DNA from: Candidatus Heimdallarchaeota archaeon
Lineage (GTDB): Archaea > Asgardarchaeota > Heimdallarchaeia > Heimdallarchaeales > Heimdallarchaeaceae
NCBI GenBank assembly: GCA_019057375.1
Contig: DXJF01000029.1
Location: 1-35,389, forward strand
Direction: 5' to 3'
Length of the DNA: 35,389 nt
The position numbers and the translations under genes were made by a program. Shown here one piece after another: positions 32,815 through 35,389 of this stretch; within the stretch, counting starts at the first letter, position 1; each line of letters begins with the position of its first letter. The notes below the pieces were generated by a model. It ran no database searches. It saw only the letters and a program-made list of their open reading frames with translations, and was not told where the DNA came from.

Positions 32815-35096
32815 TTTCCCCTCGTCTCACTTTGAGTTTCTCTTCCATACAAAGTTATTACAAATTTAACAGCTTTCACATTATATCCTTTCTCATGAGT
32901 TATTTGAGTATTATCTCTAGAGATATGGGGGGCCATATGAGCAAACATTCTCTTTAATTTTAATACAATCCTATGAGCTTTTGCTATTCTTCTTCCACTA
33001 GCCAACAAGTTTACAGTCCCATTATTCTGTAGAACATTCTTTGCGAACCAGAAATAATTCAGTTCATCTTTTTTTCCAACATAAACATCTTTTCCAGTAA
33101 AGCTTTCATCTTTATTTATCATCATATGATTGTAATAATCTAGTTTACGTACACTCATTTCTTGACCATGTTCCAATTTAACAGAAAAAATTAGATTCTG
33201 AATATCATCATAATTTTTGTATTCATTATCAGATACTATAATGTGCTCCTTTTGAAAAATAGCATATGAGTATGTTAGTGGATGAATTAGAGCAGAATTT
33301 TCATTTATTAAAGACCAAAACATATAACAACGATTATCTTTTGATGCAATTTTATGAGGAAACGAGGGATCTGCCACATTTTGGATCATCTTTTGAAAAA
33401 AATCACGACTAGTACAATTGTAAATGTAGTAGACATTGCCTTTATATTCGAAAATATATCCTTCCTCTATAAGTTGTATAACTAATTTCTCCAATTGTTC
33501 TGTAGGAACTATACATTTTAACGAAATTAGTCTCTCTTTCGAAATAAAGCCAAAGTACTTAACCAAAGCAACAATATTTGCTTTGAAGGCCTCATCTTTT
33601 TTCAAAAATCGAATAGAAAAATTGTCAACTGCATAGAAAGCTTTGTTCTTCTGCTTAGATTTCTTAAAAGCAAAGAAATCATTTCTTAAAAGCACACTTA
33701 TCCATCCTCCTGACTTTAAATCATGAAAAGTATCTATGTTGTATTTGTAAGTATGAAAATCCCATTTAATAGTAAATCTATTTCCAAAAATATCTTTAAC
33801 AATGGTTACAGGTGTAGGAGAGCTTATTTCCAAGTTACGTTCGATTCTAACAATAGCTAAAAAAAATCTACTTAATTCATAATGACCTTTCCAATTCCCC
33901 ATATCGATATTGAAAGCTTGAAGATATCCTTTTTGTGAGAGTATAAATTCGATAGAAGGAATCCCTGTTGATAACATAAATGATCTTGATATCAACTCGG
34001 GATCTCTTTCATCAAATAAAATAGTATCTCTTGTTCCAGTATTTTTCAATCTTCCTAAATATGGATAGATTCTCCATCTTTTCAAAGTAACTTTCTTCAA
34101 ACGAACTTCAAATAAATTCGTACTTCCAAATTTAATTCTCTTCGGATATATGGATGTTGGCCAATGGAGAAATAATTCTAGATCTGGTATATACAGTTTA
34201 TAATAATTTGTTTTCCAGTTATTAGTAGATGATAAAGGATTAGCTTTGTATATAATTCCTGTTATTTCTGGATCAATTTCAAATTCATCTAAATAGGACC
34301 AGTCAAAATATGAGGTTATATTATCTATTAAATAATTTAAGAAGTTTTTAGCAATAATATTCTCTTTATCTACTTGCTCAAAAAGCAGCTCCAAATCTTT
34401 TACAAATGAAGTACCTTCAATATATCTGAAATTTCTTTCATATAGTGCTAATATGAAATTTTCAATTTCTGATTCACTTTTAAGATAATAACTATATGAT
34501 TTGGAAAGAATAGAAGAAATAAGTGATGCAATTGTTTCTATACTAATTTCTGTTTCTTCCATTGAAGGTTCGGTTTCAATAAAATCATCTTTATACTCTA
34601 CCCAGATTCTTGCTGTATGAAAAATGCTGTATATTTTATGCATATCTTTTTCATTAAAACAAAGGAAATTTGTTGATTTTTCATCAGATTGAACATGAAG
34701 AGCTCTAGTTATCAAGTCTTTATATATTTGCTCAGGAAGAAAAACTTTTCGTATATCTACATAAACTATTTTTTCTTTCAGAACAGCGGGAATTTTAAAG
34801 ATACCTGGAGAATATTGATAACCATGAATGATAGCTTCATTTCTCTTTTGAGCTTTCAAATCTTCGTCTATACATATGTAATAATACTGTTGTTTACTAC
34901 TCGGAATCAATTTTCTAACTACCCAGTTATTACGAAATAATACAAAAAAGGAATCATTACTATTATCTTTCTTGACTTTCAAGAAATCCCAGGATCTTGT
35001 CTTTGGATTAAAGAATTGCCAGAAATCACCTTTTGATACGCTGAAAAGAAAATATGCTCCAAGTTTTTCTTTAAAAGCGAACTGATCTAATTTCAT
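32811..35096 (-). CDS. Large unknown protein with a C-terminal Alba domain (possible OB-fold and wHTH upstream)
   Basis: Residues ~670-755, VYVGKKDELNY...VNLLASGRRIAKA...NVKAVKFVI, align with Alba (VLIGKKPVMNY...IVIKARGRAISKA). ATGA overlap with the helicase gene; GGTGGT upstream of the ATG. Confidence 0.75.
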   Translation of the reverse strand: MKLDQFAFKEKLGAYFLFSVSKGDFWQFFNPKTRSWDFLKVKKDNSNDSFFVLFRNNWVVRKLIPSSKQQYYYICIDEDLKAQKRNEAIIHGYQYSPGIFKIPAVLKEKIVYVDIRKVFLPEQIYKDLITRALHVQSDEKSTNFLCFNEKDMHKIYSIFHTARIWVEYKDDFIETEPSMEETEISIETIASLISSILSKSYSYYLKSESEIENFILALYERNFRYIEGTSFVKDLELLFEQVDKENIIAKNFLNYLIDNITSYFDWSYLDEFEIDPEITGIIYKANPLSSTNNWKTNYYKLYIPDLELFLHWPTSIYPKRIKFGSTNLFEVRLKKVTLKRWRIYPYLGRLKNTGTRDTILFDERDPELISRSFMLSTGIPSIEFILSQKGYLQAFNIDMGNWKGHYELSRFFLAIVRIERNLEISSPTPVTIVKDIFGNRFTIKWDFHTYKYNIDTFHDLKSGGWISVLLRNDFFAFKKSKQKNKAFYAVDNFSIRFLKKDEAFKANIVALVKYFGFISKERLISLKCIVPTEQLEKLVIQLIEEGYIFEYKGNVYYIYNCTSRDFFQKMIQNVADPSFPHKIASKDNRCYMFWSLINENSALIHPLTYSYAIFQKEHIIVSDNEYKNYDDIQNLIFSVKLEHGQEMSVRKLDYYNHMMINKDESFTGKDVYVGKKDELNYFWFAKNVLQNNGTVNLLASGRRIAKAHRIVLKLKRMFAHMAPHISRDNTQITHEKGYNVKAVKFVITLYGRETQSETRGK

Positions 35097-35305
35097 AACT
35101 AAACCACCAAAGTCCAGCGATTATCTGTACTTAACATCACTCATCCCTATTAGCTGGCGCTACAAGTAAGAATGAATTGAAGTATATATTTCTTTGTGTT
35201 AAATTCTAATAAAATTAGAGTATAATTATTGCATAAGATAGATTTGATAAAAAATTTTTTCTTAAAATCCTGAAATCTTTTTCCGTACTAAAATCCTTTC
35301 TTCCC

Positions 35306-35389
35306 TTAGCATGTAGTATTTATACGTCCTTTGTATGTAGGTATGGTTAGCTCCTTGTTTTCATTTCTTAATTTAGTTGCCTTTTCTTC
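35306..35389 (-). CDS. Possible 3' end of an upstream gene (window edge)
   Basis: The only minus frame that stays open from the edge reads EEKATKLRNENKELTIPTYKGRINTTC*. Too short to identify. Confidence 0.3.
   Translation of the reverse strand, partial: EEKATKLRNENKELTIPTYKGRINTTC

Noticed and set aside
1255-34940. Short ORFs overlapping longer genes, e.g. 1255..1464, 2572..2760, 3517..3741, 7787..8185, 9410..9613, 9836..10036, 10258..10446, 10484..10675, 10529..10780, 13929..14147, 14591..14812, 16732..16914, 17203..17406, 18978..19217, 20429..20908, 23042..23224, 23618..23812, 29837..30139, 30278..30475, 32437..32625, 33436..33636, 34689..34940
   Set aside because: They are antisense or alternate-frame shadows of better-supported genes and have no recognisable motifs.
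25448-35096. Calling the operon canonical DISARM, Dpd or Druantia
   Set aside because: No methyltransferase or DrmD/DrmE is recognisable, there is no DpdB/DpdC, and the helicase and DUF1998 are separate genes rather than fused as in DruE/DpdJ.
21800-35389. Defined genomic-island boundaries
   Set aside because: No flanking direct repeats, tRNA or integrase were found. A compositional shift could not be quantified by eye.

Overview
AT-rich archaeal DNA, probably from an Asgard archaeon of the Heimdallarchaeia type. That assignment is inferred from TATA boxes about 25 nt before start codons, a membrane RING-finger protein, an Alba domain and C-terminally anchored surface proteins. Positions 1-21.8 kb hold mixed metabolic, transport and repair genes: a GNAT, two alpha/beta hydrolases, a heterodimeric ABC exporter, an AlkZ-like glycosylase, Ogt, a DRG-like GTPase, an RNase J-like nuclease, an SDR, a ferredoxin and a thioesterase. 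This part also has a solo tnpB with a rearranged (Fanzor-like) RuvC site and several gene remnants missed by the ORF track. From about 22 kb the window looks accessory, with a putative PD-(D/E)xK-like nuclease and a membrane RING protein. It ends in a tightly coupled five-gene minus-strand operon (35096->25448): a large unknown protein with a C-terminal Alba domain, a DrmA-like helicase, a DrmB-like DUF1998 protein, a PLD nuclease, and a divergent tRNA-guanine transglycosylase (TGT)-fold enzyme. This operon resembles a DISARM core with a TGT-fold enzyme in the place where DISARM has a methyltransferase. It is the best candidate for an undescribed defence or DNA-modification system. No tRNA, rRNA or CRISPR array was seen. 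All family calls come from motif recognition by eye; no database search was run.
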